Assembly (NCBI GenBank): GCA_963662335.2
Contig: CAXXVD010000005.1
Coordinates: forward strand, 384,001-448,000
From: Chloroflexota bacterium
GTDB lineage: Bacteria > Chloroflexota > UBA11872 > VXOZ01
Length of the DNA stretch: 64,000 nucleotides
Direction of reading: 5' to 3'
Below, piece after piece: positions 45,376 to 56,076 of the stretch. Positions within the stretch are counted from its first letter, which is position 1; every line of letters begins with the position of its first letter. The notes under the pieces were generated by a model. That model did not search any database and was not told where the DNA came from. It was given only the letters and a program-made list of their open reading frames with translations. The position numbers and the translations under genes were made by a program.

Positions 45376-46308
45376 TTGACGAAGCCAGCCTCAGACACAA
45401 TTGGAAAACTCGACCGCTTTCGCGGCACGCTGGTCGGTCTCGCGACCGGCGAGTGTCTCGGCGCAGCCACGGAAGGCCTGACGCCCGCGGAGATTCGCGC
45501 GCGTTTTGGCCTCTTGCGCGACCTGCGGGGGCACGCCAACGCCCGCGCCGGTGAGATTGCCAATCAAGCCCGCTGCCTGGCGGAAAGCCTGGTTGCCCAG
45601 GAAGAATATGATCCCGAGGACGCGCTGCAGCGACTGGTCGCCTGGTCGTTCAGTTCGCAAGGCGTGCTCTCGCAGGACGTAACCAACCGCGCGCTGGCCA
45701 AGGTAGCCAGCGGCATGATGTGGGAGCACGCGTCGTCGCTCACGTATTGGGAGTGCGGCGGCAAGACCACCGGCAACCACGTGGTGGGCCGCTGCGCGCC
45801 GTTGGCGCTGCTGTACGCCCAGCATCCCGAGCAGAACATCGCCGCCACCTACAATAGCGCCCGGCTAACCCACTACGACCGCATGTGGAGTTGGGCCGCC
45901 GTTACCCTCAACCTGATCATCTCCGCCCTCATCGCCGGCAACAGCATCAAGGACGCCCTCCGGCTCATCGTTGATCACCTGGAAGACTTCGACGTGCCGC
46001 TGCCGATCTTGGAGCGCCTCTCAGAACTGGAAGCGAGTTCATATATCCAGCCGTCCACGATGGCGTTCGACGCCCTGGAAGCCGCCCTGGTGTGCTTGCT
46101 GCGCACGGAGGCCGCCGAGTCGGCTCTGGTGGAAGCCGTAAACCTGGGTGGCGCCAGCCGCACCACGGGCGCGGTCTGCGGCGCGCTGGCGGGAGCGGCC
46201 TACGGGCTGGCGCGTCTGCCGGACCGCTGGTGGCAGCGGCTCGATGACGTAGAGGCGTTCGTAGACCTCGCCGACAACCTCTGTGCGCTCGCCAGCGATA
46301 ACCCGTGA
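45376..46308 (+). CDS. ADP-ribosylglycohydrolase (DraG/ARH) fold protein with degenerate active site
   Basis: DRFRGTLVGLATGECLG..E, GN...RCAP, ARLTH, AVNLGG...TGAVCGALAGAAYG...LP..W. Confidence 0.85.
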   Translation: MTKPASDTIGKLDRFRGTLVGLATGECLGAATEGLTPAEIRARFGLLRDLRGHANARAGEIANQARCLAESLVAQEEYDPEDALQRLVAWSFSSQGVLSQDVTNRALAKVASGMMWEHASSLTYWECGGKTTGNHVVGRCAPLALLYAQHPEQNIAATYNSARLTHYDRMWSWAAVTLNLIISALIAGNSIKDALRLIVDHLEDFDVPLPILERLSELEASSYIQPSTMAFDALEAALVCLLRTEAAESALVEAVNLGGASRTTGAVCGALAGAAYGLARLPDRWWQRLDDVEAFVDLADNLCALASDNP

Positions 46309-47003
46309 AGTTTCCCGCTCCCCTGCAAGCGGCGCGCTTCATTGCCCGACCGAACCGGTTCACCTGCCTCGTGCAACTGCCGCACCTGCGTTCTCCCGCC
46401 AAGGCGCACGTGCCTGATCCCGGACGCCTGCGCGAATTGCTGCGGCCCGGCGTGCGCGTGTGGGTGGAGCCGAAAACGGGAGCGCTGCGCAAGACGGCCT
46501 ATCAAGTGTGGCTGGTGGAGAAAGACCGCACCCTCGTCTCGCTCGATACGCGGCTGCCGAACCTGCTCGTGCAGGAAGCGCTGGCGCAGGGGAGCCTGCC
46601 CGAGTTCAACCGCTACCCAACCTGGGAGCGCGAACGCCGCAGCGGGGAAAGCCGCCTGGACTTCTGTTTGTCCAACGCCAATGAGACGTGTTGGGTAGAA
46701 GTAAAGTCGGTCACTCTGGTGGAAGAGGGCCGCAGCCTATTTCCGGATGCGCCCACGGCGCGCGGACGGAAGCACCTCGCGGAACTCATCCGCCTGCGGC
46801 GCACCGGAGCGCGCGCGGTTGCGCTCTTCGTCGTGCAACGCGCCGACCCGCGGAGCGTGGCCGCCAATCGCAAGACGGATCCCGCGTTCGCCACGGCCCT
46901 GCGAGACGCTCACCGGCAGGGCGTGGAACTGCTCGCCTACACGTGCGCGCTTACCACAGAGCACGCTGCGCTGGCTGAGCAAATTCCCGTAATCGTAGAG
47001 TAA
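46305..47003 (+). CDS. sfsA: DNA/RNA nuclease SfsA
   Basis: RPNRF, HVPDPGRLREL, SRLDF, VEVKSVTL, FPDAPTARGRKHL; GTGA overlap. Confidence 0.95.
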   Translation: MKFPAPLQAARFIARPNRFTCLVQLPHLRSPAKAHVPDPGRLRELLRPGVRVWVEPKTGALRKTAYQVWLVEKDRTLVSLDTRLPNLLVQEALAQGSLPEFNRYPTWERERRSGESRLDFCLSNANETCWVEVKSVTLVEEGRSLFPDAPTARGRKHLAELIRLRRTGARAVALFVVQRADPRSVAANRKTDPAFATALRDAHRQGVELLAYTCALTTEHAALAEQIPVIVE

Positions 47004-47061
47004 TCGCCATGGCCCTGCTTAGGCCACCCAGGGGAATGAAAACTGGGGGCCGGCTGCTTGA

Positions 47062-47110
47062 CCGTCATTCCCGCGAACACAGTGGATTCCCGCGTGCGCG
47101 GGAATGACGG
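47062..47110. repeat. REP-like family A, internally shortened
   Basis: CCGTCATTCCCGCG ... TGGATTCCCGCGTGCGCGGGAATGACGG. Confidence 0.85.
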
Positions 47111-47166
47111 AGGCTATCGCGCCAATCTCAGGGTAAGGCGCGCTCTTCCCAATCAACCCAAGATGC

Positions 47167-47928
47167 CTACTCTGGCGCTACAATCGGGTTGGCGAGCGTG
47201 CCGATGTTCTCGATCACGACCTCCACCCGGTCGCCGACCTGCATCGGCCCGATGCCGCTGGGCGTGCCGGTGATGATCACGTCACCCGGCAGCAGGGTGA
47301 ACGCCTGCGACACGTAGTGGATGATGAAGTCGGGCTTGAAGACCATATCGGCGGTATTGCTATCCTGCTTGACTTCGCCGTTGAGTATAGTCTGGATGCG
47401 CAAGCCCACGGGATCGATCTCGTTCACCAGCACCGGCCCCAGGGGACAGAACGTGTCCATGCCCTTGGCGCGTGCCCACTGCCCGTCGGCGCGTTGCAAG
47501 TCGCGGGCGCTAACGTCGTTGGCACACGTGTAGCCGGCCACCACGCCGGGGGCGTCCTCCACCGAGACGCGGTGCGCCGTCTTGCCGATCACAATCGCCA
47601 GTTCACACTCGTAGTCCAGTTGCGTCGTCAGGTGCGAGTAGATCACGCCCTCTTCCGGGCCGATAATGGCCGTGGGCGGCTTCAGGAAGAGCATCGGCTC
47701 TTCAGGCACTTCCATGCCGCTCTCCGCGGCGTGGAGCTTATAGTTCAGGCCGACGCAGATGACTTTCGTCGGCGCCGCCGGCGGCAGGATGTGGAGGTCG
47801 GCCAGCGCCAGTGTCCGGTTCCGCGCCGTCCAACCGGTAATCGGATCGCCGTGCACCGCCGTGACACTATCGCCCTCGACGATACCCCATGCGTCCCGCG
47901 AGCCATCTTGATAACGAACGAACTTCAC
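47167..47928 (-). CDS. Fumarylacetoacetate hydrolase family protein
   Basis: KVICVGLNY, FLKP, DYECEL, NDVSARD, KGMDTFCPLGP, PGDVIITGTP. Confidence 0.95.
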   Translation of the reverse strand: MKFVRYQDGSRDAWGIVEGDSVTAVHGDPITGWTARNRTLALADLHILPPAAPTKVICVGLNYKLHAAESGMEVPEEPMLFLKPPTAIIGPEEGVIYSHLTTQLDYECELAIVIGKTAHRVSVEDAPGVVAGYTCANDVSARDLQRADGQWARAKGMDTFCPLGPVLVNEIDPVGLRIQTILNGEVKQDSNTADMVFKPDFIIHYVSQAFTLLPGDVIITGTPSGIGPMQVGDRVEVVIENIGTLANPIVAPE

Positions 47929-48027
47929 GTGCTACACTCCTTTGCGTATGGGCATTCCTGCAATGTAGGATAGTGGCTCTCGCCTACAGATGCAACGCAT
48001 CGCGCCTGGTCAAGTTCGCCAAATTCG

Positions 48028-48972
48028 TCACGAAGACTGCGCCGCCAACTCTTCCCGAAAGTAGGCGATCGTCTTGCGCAGGCCCTCTTCCAATGACGTC
48101 ACCGGACTCCAGCCCAACCGCGCGCGGGCCTTCGCGATGTCGGGCCGCCGCCGTTGCGGATCGTCGGCGGGCAGCGGCTTGTGCACGATTGGCGCGTTGG
48201 TAGCCGTCAAGCGCACGATCATGTCCGCGAACTCGCGGATCGTGCGCTCGTCCGGGTTGCCGAGATTGAAGACCTCACCCTGCGTCTCGGGCGTGAACAT
48301 CGCCGCCGCGATGCCGCGCACCAGGTCGCCCACGTAGCAGAACGAGCGGGTCTGGGCGCCGTCGCCGTAGATCGTGATCGGCCGCCCGGCCAGCGCCTGG
48401 GCGATGAAGTTCGGCACCACGCGGCCGTCGCGCGGGTCGTTGCGCGGCCCGTAGGTATTGAAGATGCGGATGATGCGCGCGTCGAGTCCATACTGGCGCA
48501 CGTACTCCATGGTCAGCGCCTCGCCAAACCGCTTGCCCTCGTCATAGCACGCCCGCGGCCCAATCGGATTCACGTTACCCCAGTAGGTCTCGGACTGCGG
48601 GTGCGTCAGCGGATCGCCGTAGACCTCGGACGTGGACGCAAACAGGAATTTCGCGCCGTTTTCCCGCGCCAGTTCCAGCAGATTCTCCGTGCCCACGGAG
48701 TTCACGCGCAGCGTCGTTAGCGGATGCCGCAGATAGCCCTCGGGGCTGGCCGGGCTTGCCAGGTGAAATATCGCGTCGCCCCGCCACGCGAACGGCGCGA
48801 TGACGTCGTGCTCGCGCAGCGTAAACCGGCCGCTCGCCGCCAGGTGCGCGACGTTCTTGGCGCGTCCGGTAATGCCGCTATCGACCGCGGTGACGTCGTG
48901 CCCCTGCGCGAGCATGTAGTCACAGAGATGCGAGCCAACGAAACCCGCGCCGCCCGCTACGAGAACTCTCAC
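48028..48972 (-). CDS. UDP-glucuronate decarboxylase-like extended SDR
   Basis: GGAGFVGSHL, HLASPASP, ASTSEVYGDP, YWGNVNPIGPRACYDEGKR, RIFNTYGP. Confidence 0.93.
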   Translation of the reverse strand: MRVLVAGGAGFVGSHLCDYMLAQGHDVTAVDSGITGRAKNVAHLAASGRFTLREHDVIAPFAWRGDAIFHLASPASPEGYLRHPLTTLRVNSVGTENLLELARENGAKFLFASTSEVYGDPLTHPQSETYWGNVNPIGPRACYDEGKRFGEALTMEYVRQYGLDARIIRIFNTYGPRNDPRDGRVVPNFIAQALAGRPITIYGDGAQTRSFCYVGDLVRGIAAAMFTPETQGEVFNLGNPDERTIREFADMIVRLTATNAPIVHKPLPADDPQRRRPDIAKARARLGWSPVTSLEEGLRKTIAYFREELAAQSS

Positions 48973-49215
48973 GGCTTGCCCTGCCTTGGTGTCTGCCCCA
49001 ACGCGCGCTCATTGTAACACGGGGCGGGCGCGCCGCCCGCGGGGCATGGACCTTATACATGATGAGTCCACCCCAAGTATTGTATGCCAATGCGCCAGCG
49101 GCCGGGCGGCGGGATGCGTAGGAGGAAGCTGCCGGACACGGCATGGGCAAACAAAGCGGCGAATGCCGACCCGCTACGGGGGGCACTCGCCGGTGGTTGT
49201 CGTGCTGGATGGGGA

Positions 49216-49240
49216 GTTAACAGGTAAAGGGTGATGAAGG
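49216..49240. repeat. 3' arm of the 16S processing stem (inverted repeat with 50900-50924)
   Basis: GTTAACAGGTAAAGGGTGATGAAGG is complementary at 24 of 25 positions to CCTTCATCACTCTTTACCTGTTAAC. Confidence 0.8.
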
Positions 49241-49291
49241 GGGGAAGTGGGGGAAGGAGAGCGGGTGTGGTCGTGTGGTGGCGTTTCCCTA

Positions 49292-50826
<1,535 letters not shown>

Positions 50827-50956
50827 AAAACTGCTATCGTTCAGTTGCTAACTCACCACCACCCTACCTACCCCAGCTCTCTTCTTCCCGCTGCCCTTAC
50901 CTTCATCACTCTTTACCTGTTAACGTGCCCGGCGCTGACTAGCGCCATCTCTTTCT

Positions 50957-50986
50957 ACCCTACCACCGCGCCGCCTTCACTGTCAA
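50957..50986 (-). promoter_or_regulatory. Putative 16S rRNA promoter
   Basis: TTGACA-18 bp-TAGGGT with TG extended -10, upstream of the 5' processing arm. Confidence 0.6.
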
Positions 50987-51048
50987 CCCACGAGAGGGAA
51001 TCTCTCAATTCTGGAATAACGCGCAGCGCATAGACGAAGAGAACCGGC

Positions 51049-52560
51049 CTACCACACGTCCGGATCGCGCACCACCACGGTGCCGACCATCTTGTCGTGC
51101 CAGGTCTGGCCGTTCTTATCCCAGAAGGCCGACAGGAAACCGTAGGTAAGGGGCAGGCCGCTCACGAACTTGCCCACCAGTTCGCGCCGCACCATGGTCT
51201 TGAAATCAGGGTACTTCTGCCGTTCCAGTTGCACCACTTCCAGGCCGAACAGCGACTTGCCCGGCGTAGTGCCGCGAATCAAGAACGAGACGAAGAACAA
51301 GCCGTAGACGAGGGGCATGAAGATATATTGCCAGAAGATGGTGAGAAAGTTGTAGCCGTCCGCCGGATTGAAGCCGGTCAGCGCAAAGAGGAGGATTAGC
51401 CCTACCGGCACGCTCAAGTCCAGCGACGCCGCCAGGAAACGCGGGAAGAAGTGCGCCCGGTGGCCCAGGTCTTCATTCTGCACGAACGTCTTGCACTCCG
51501 CGCAGAACAGGCGCTCGTCGGGCACCGGCGCCCGGCACTTGGGGCACCGCAGCACGCCGGGCGCGCTCTCTTCCAACGCCACGTTCTCTTCGGCCTCTTT
51601 AACGGCGAGGTCCTCCACCTCCACTGCCGTCAGCCCCCGGATGCGCATGGCGCTCTCTTGCACGCGCTTCATCTGGTCGGGGTGCCGGAAGTAGCCCTTA
51701 ACACGGGCCACCATCGTTTCCGAGTTCACGCCCGCCGACATGAAAGTGGCCCCGGTAAGGTCCGAGTCTTCGCCCTGCAAGAGTTCCATCAGGCCGATGT
51801 TCCGGCGGAACCAGACCTGCTGGCCCACGCGCCGGTCCAGCACGCGCAGCATGAGGGGCCGCGAGTACGTCTGAAAGAGAAAACCGGCCTGCACCCACAC
51901 CGGCGTCAATACGATGGAAGCCGCCAACCCGGACGTAAGCGGCGGCGAGAACGCGGCGGTTATCGCGCTGATCGCCAGCACGTTGCCCCCCATAATCGAG
52001 AGAAAGGTGTGGGGCTCCACGTCGATCGTGAAGATCGAGGTGAAGTAGAGGCGCATGCGCTTCTCATGCTGCAGCGCGTCCCGCTGCACCACCGCCACCA
52101 GCAACCCCAGGATGCCGCCGGCCAGCACCACTACCCACATGCGGCCGATGAGCACCGGAATGCCGACTGCCATGCCAAGCAACATGCCGCCGGCATTGCC
52201 CAGCACGGACGCGCCGCCCGTATCCTCCATCACCGTCGCCATGGCGAAAACCACGACGAGCATCACGGCAAGGAAGATGCCCACAACGCGCGCCGACAAC
52301 AATTCCGGGATGAAGAACCCGGTGATGCCCAAGAACGCGATGAAGATCACGAGGCCCACGGCGGCAATGAGAATGCCAAACGCGAAGGGGCGCAAGAGTT
52401 CCCACAGGCTGGCAAAGACGACGGCCAGGCCGATGAAGGCGCTCATGACGCCGATGCCCGCCGCAAACCCCGCAATCAGGGTCGAGCGGATGTCCGACAC
52501 CATGATCAGCACGTCGTCTTCGGTCGCCGCTACGAGTTCTCGCCGATTGAAATCACGCAC
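51049..52560 (-). CDS. Multi-TM protein with BON-like segment, zinc ribbon and C-terminal RDD domain
   Basis: CPKC..CAEC, RFLAASLD, GTTPGKSLFGLEVV, QTWHDKMVGT. GTG 52560 chosen from a GGAGG RBS and alignment to the paralog. Confidence 0.8.
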   Translation of the reverse strand: MRDFNRRELVAATEDDVLIMVSDIRSTLIAGFAAGIGVMSAFIGLAVVFASLWELLRPFAFGILIAAVGLVIFIAFLGITGFFIPELLSARVVGIFLAVMLVVVFAMATVMEDTGGASVLGNAGGMLLGMAVGIPVLIGRMWVVVLAGGILGLLVAVVQRDALQHEKRMRLYFTSIFTIDVEPHTFLSIMGGNVLAISAITAAFSPPLTSGLAASIVLTPVWVQAGFLFQTYSRPLMLRVLDRRVGQQVWFRRNIGLMELLQGEDSDLTGATFMSAGVNSETMVARVKGYFRHPDQMKRVQESAMRIRGLTAVEVEDLAVKEAEENVALEESAPGVLRCPKCRAPVPDERLFCAECKTFVQNEDLGHRAHFFPRFLAASLDLSVPVGLILLFALTGFNPADGYNFLTIFWQYIFMPLVYGLFFVSFLIRGTTPGKSLFGLEVVQLERQKYPDFKTMVRRELVGKFVSGLPLTYGFLSAFWDKNGQTWHDKMVGTVVVRDPDVW

Positions 52561-52677
52561 GTTGCGCGCCCTCCATGCAGAGTTCGTCACCGCGCTCTGT
52601 AAACGCTCACCGTTTACCTTACCACGAAAGTAGGGCAACTGAGTGCGTCATTTCCATGAAAATAGCGCCACAGCCTC

Positions 52678-52749
52678 CGTCATTCTCGCGCACGCGGGAA
52701 TCCATCTTCCCCGCGCAGCCGGTGGATTCCCGCGTGCGCGAGAATGACG
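52678..52749. repeat. REP-like family A palindrome
   Basis: CGTCATTCTCGCG ... CGCGAGAATGACG; both outer arms carry the matching substitution. Confidence 0.9.
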
Positions 52750-52909
52750 ATCAGGGGGCCGTCCCACACTTTCATTGCTTTGGGTGACCGGCAGGCGGCC
52801 ATGGTGAGTACTCTAAGCGCCGCTTGTCCTCAATGCGCTCTGCGCATTTTGTGGGATATTATCCGCGCAGATTCGTCCGCAAACAGCGGGAGCAATCCGA
52901 CTGGACACA

Positions 52910-54415
52910 CTACCACACGTCCGGGTTGCGCACCACGATCGTGCGCATGAGCTTATCGTGCCACGTTTGGCTGTTCTTGTCCCAGAATGCCCAGAGGAAC
53001 CCAATACCGAGAACAAGCGCGCTCATGAGCTTGCCGCCAAGTTCGCGCAGCAGCAATTGCGGCAACCGTGGATACCGGTGATCCCGCAGGTCGATTATTT
53101 CCAGACCCAGCAGCGCCTTCCCCGGCGTCGTGCCGCTATGGAGCACCGACACGTAGAACGAGGCGTACAAAGCCGGCGCGAAGACGAACCGCCAGAACCA
53201 ATTGAGCGGGTGCGCAACGGCCCACGGCGTAACCGGCTGAATAATGAACATGAGAATGAGCGCAGCGGGAATGCCGGCGTCAATCGCAGCCGCCAGCAAG
53301 CGCGGCAAGAGATTGGCCTTCTTGCCCACGAGTTCGTTTTGCACGAAGGAATCGCAGGCGCGGCAGAACAGTTCCTCAGATTCGTAGGGCGAGCCGCACT
53401 CTGGGCAGCGTTGCGCCAGCAACCGCTCACGCTGCGCCAACGAGAGGTGATCAACCTCTACAGGAGCGCTTTGGGTAATCTCCTCCACGTCAACGCGCGT
53501 TACACCGCGCACACGCAGGGCAACTTCCTGGACGCGCCGGCGCTGGGCCGCATCCCGGAACTTACCCCGAATGCGGGCGGCGCCGGTCGTCGGATCAACG
53601 CGAATCCCGTGAAATGCCGCGCCAAGCAAAAGGACGTCCTCACCCTGGAGCGCTTGGACGAGTCCCATACTCTGGCGAAACCAGGCCGTCTGTCCAACCA
53701 GAGTGTCAAGCGCTGCCCGCGCGAGCAGCGTCCAGCCGTATACAAAGAGGAAACCCGACGGCGCCCAAAACGGCGAGAAGAAGACGATGGCTGCCAGGCT
53801 GTGCGTTGGGTAGTATTCCGCGGCAAATGCCCACATTACGACAAGCGGCACGCCAAAGACCGCCAAGAGGACGTGCGGGTCCGTGCGCAGCGTAAGGAAA
53901 GAGCCAAAGTGGAGACCCCAGCGCACGTCTTGCTGGAGCCCGCGCCGTTGCAAGAGGGCCATGAGCCCGCCGCACAAACCGCCCACCAGCACTAAGTGCC
54001 AGAGGCGGAAGATGAGCACCGCGGCCCCGCCCACCGTCCACAGCAAGCGGCGTCCCGCTTCCGCAAGAATCGCCACGTCCGAAACGTAGACGGAAACGGC
54101 GATGATGACGGCAACGGTCAACACGAGGCTGCCGGCTATGAACCTGGTGGTAGGGAATCCCGGGTAGAAAAAGCCCAAGAGACCGGCAAGCGCCGCAAGC
54201 ACAACGAAACCGGTGAGACCGACAACCATGCCGAAACGAAACGCCTCCAGAATGCCCCAAAGACCGGTGATCAGCACTAGCGACGCAATGAAGCCGGCGG
54301 CAACCGCGGCGCCGGCCACACTCCCGGCCAGAATCGTCGCACGGGTGTTGGCTACCATGGCCATGACGTCTGCCGGGCTCTCCGCCCGTATTTCTCGTTG
54401 TCTCAGTTCGCTCAT
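52910..54415 (-). CDS. Multi-TM protein with BON-like segment, zinc ribbon and RDD domain (paralog)
   Basis: CPEC..CRAC, RLLAAAID, GTTPGKALLGL, QTWHDKL, shared PDVW end; GAGGAGG RBS. Confidence 0.8.
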   Translation of the reverse strand: MSELRQREIRAESPADVMAMVANTRATILAGSVAGAAVAAGFIASLVLITGLWGILEAFRFGMVVGLTGFVVLAALAGLLGFFYPGFPTTRFIAGSLVLTVAVIIAVSVYVSDVAILAEAGRRLLWTVGGAAVLIFRLWHLVLVGGLCGGLMALLQRRGLQQDVRWGLHFGSFLTLRTDPHVLLAVFGVPLVVMWAFAAEYYPTHSLAAIVFFSPFWAPSGFLFVYGWTLLARAALDTLVGQTAWFRQSMGLVQALQGEDVLLLGAAFHGIRVDPTTGAARIRGKFRDAAQRRRVQEVALRVRGVTRVDVEEITQSAPVEVDHLSLAQRERLLAQRCPECGSPYESEELFCRACDSFVQNELVGKKANLLPRLLAAAIDAGIPAALILMFIIQPVTPWAVAHPLNWFWRFVFAPALYASFYVSVLHSGTTPGKALLGLEIIDLRDHRYPRLPQLLLRELGGKLMSALVLGIGFLWAFWDKNSQTWHDKLMRTIVVRNPDVW

Positions 54416-54522
54416 CAGACCACCCTCCTCTCGGAATCCTTCAGTTCGACTCTATTCTGAGGCCTCTACTCCACCGAGCCGCCGCGTATGCCTGGATGCA
54501 ATTCCAGGCACGGCGCGAGACC

Positions 54523-55911
54523 CTACTCATTTAGGTGCGTCTGCAACCAGCTTTGCGCCTGCTGCGCGGCCTGCTCCACGCTAATCTCACCTCGCGCTAG
54601 GGGCAGTGTCAGGTTTCTAAATAGCCAGCTATTGATGGCGTTGCTACTCGCCACATACGATGGATGCGCGGTGCTGAGAATGTCAAGAACGACTTCCCGC
54701 TGATGCTCGAGAAAGAGAAGATCGAGGTGTTCTCTAGACCCCGGCGAGGAAATGTGCTCCAGGCTAGACTTGACAGTCGGCAAACGACTGCGTTCACCAA
54801 AGTGCAGAGCCAGGGGAGCCAACACCTGGTACGAGAGATCAAGGTCTCTTGCGCCTGCGGGAATAGCGGTCACATCGAAGAGCATAAGCGGTGTTCCTGC
54901 CTTCGGCCCTGCAGGGATTGACGCCGCTTCACGGTCACCAGTACTGCTGATCTCAAAGGCAGTCTGAAAGAGGATGCCAGTCCGGCTGGCACGATACGGG
55001 CGCCGAATTCCCGGTGGGTGAGATGAAATCACTTGCCCATAGGGCATAATGCCGTGTACCCGTCCGAGTTCATCCCAATAGTGAAGACCGCGCAGCGCCG
55101 CTGGATCGGTCAGTTGAACGGCGCCGGTTTCCAAGTCAATTACGTCTTTGCCTGTCTCCTGCAATACGAAGGGCAGCCAGTCAGCATAGAAGTGGCTTAC
55201 GCCAAAGCCCCACTGGTCCACTGTGCCATCGCCATTCGTATCCTGCGTCAACTGCTTCGCGGCAGCGACAAAGTCTTCACGCGACCAACCCAGCTGCGGT
55301 GGGGCAACATTCGCCTGGGAGAAGAGGCCGGGTAGGTATTGGGTAACGCCAGCGGTTACCCTGGTTGGCAGTGCCATCGTTTGTCCCTGGTATCGTACAA
55401 GCTTGACGGATTGAGGGAAGAACTGTTCCAGAGGTTGGTTTGCGTCGTTCTGGATGAAGCGATCCAAGGGTTGCAGGAGATTGCTCTTGAAAAGCCACGG
55501 AAAGTCAACCTGCCAGGCAAAAACCATCAGGTCCGGCACTGTGCCTGCAGAGATTCTTGCGGAGAGGGCAGCAGCAAATGCATCCTGTGTGGCTTCTAGA
55601 TTTCCAGTGGTAGAAAACGTCAGTTTAGCCTCTTGCATTTCAATATTGGCTGGGACATCAGCCACTCTACCCTCATTCACATGACGAATAGCCTCCAACA
55701 TCGGGCCCTGCCTGCGAAACATGGCAAGCGTAAGAGTCTCTTTGTCTTTTGAGGGTTGCGGTACGGCGTCCTGTAGCGCAGTCGGCGCAGCACGCGCTTC
55801 CTGGTCGTCGTCTTCATCATCGCCGCCACAAGCAGCCAGCAAGAGAAGCTGAGCGCCGAGCAGCGCGCGTCCGAGCCATTCTCGCCTTGTCAATCGTTTA
55901 GCTGTAGTCAC
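54523..55911 (-). CDS. Tat lipoprotein extracellular solute-binding protein
   Basis: LTRREWLG, LAACGG, AGTVPDL, LQPLDRF, DTNGDGTVDQWGF. Confidence 0.85.
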   Translation of the reverse strand: MTTAKRLTRREWLGRALLGAQLLLLAACGGDDEDDDQEARAAPTALQDAVPQPSKDKETLTLAMFRRQGPMLEAIRHVNEGRVADVPANIEMQEAKLTFSTTGNLEATQDAFAAALSARISAGTVPDLMVFAWQVDFPWLFKSNLLQPLDRFIQNDANQPLEQFFPQSVKLVRYQGQTMALPTRVTAGVTQYLPGLFSQANVAPPQLGWSREDFVAAAKQLTQDTNGDGTVDQWGFGVSHFYADWLPFVLQETGKDVIDLETGAVQLTDPAALRGLHYWDELGRVHGIMPYGQVISSHPPGIRRPYRASRTGILFQTAFEISSTGDREAASIPAGPKAGTPLMLFDVTAIPAGARDLDLSYQVLAPLALHFGERSRLPTVKSSLEHISSPGSREHLDLLFLEHQREVVLDILSTAHPSYVASSNAINSWLFRNLTLPLARGEISVEQAAQQAQSWLQTHLNE

Positions 55912-56076
55912 TTGAATCCTCCGGCTAGCATAGCCACGAAAGTAGCTGATCTAACTTTACTTCTCAAAGTGCGTTCAGTCGTCACATGGGAGTTCAGGAA
56001 CCCATTTGAAGCCGATGCACATTAGTACCCTGGCGCCTCATTGAAAGAGGATCAGATAAAGGACAGTCAAGACTAC

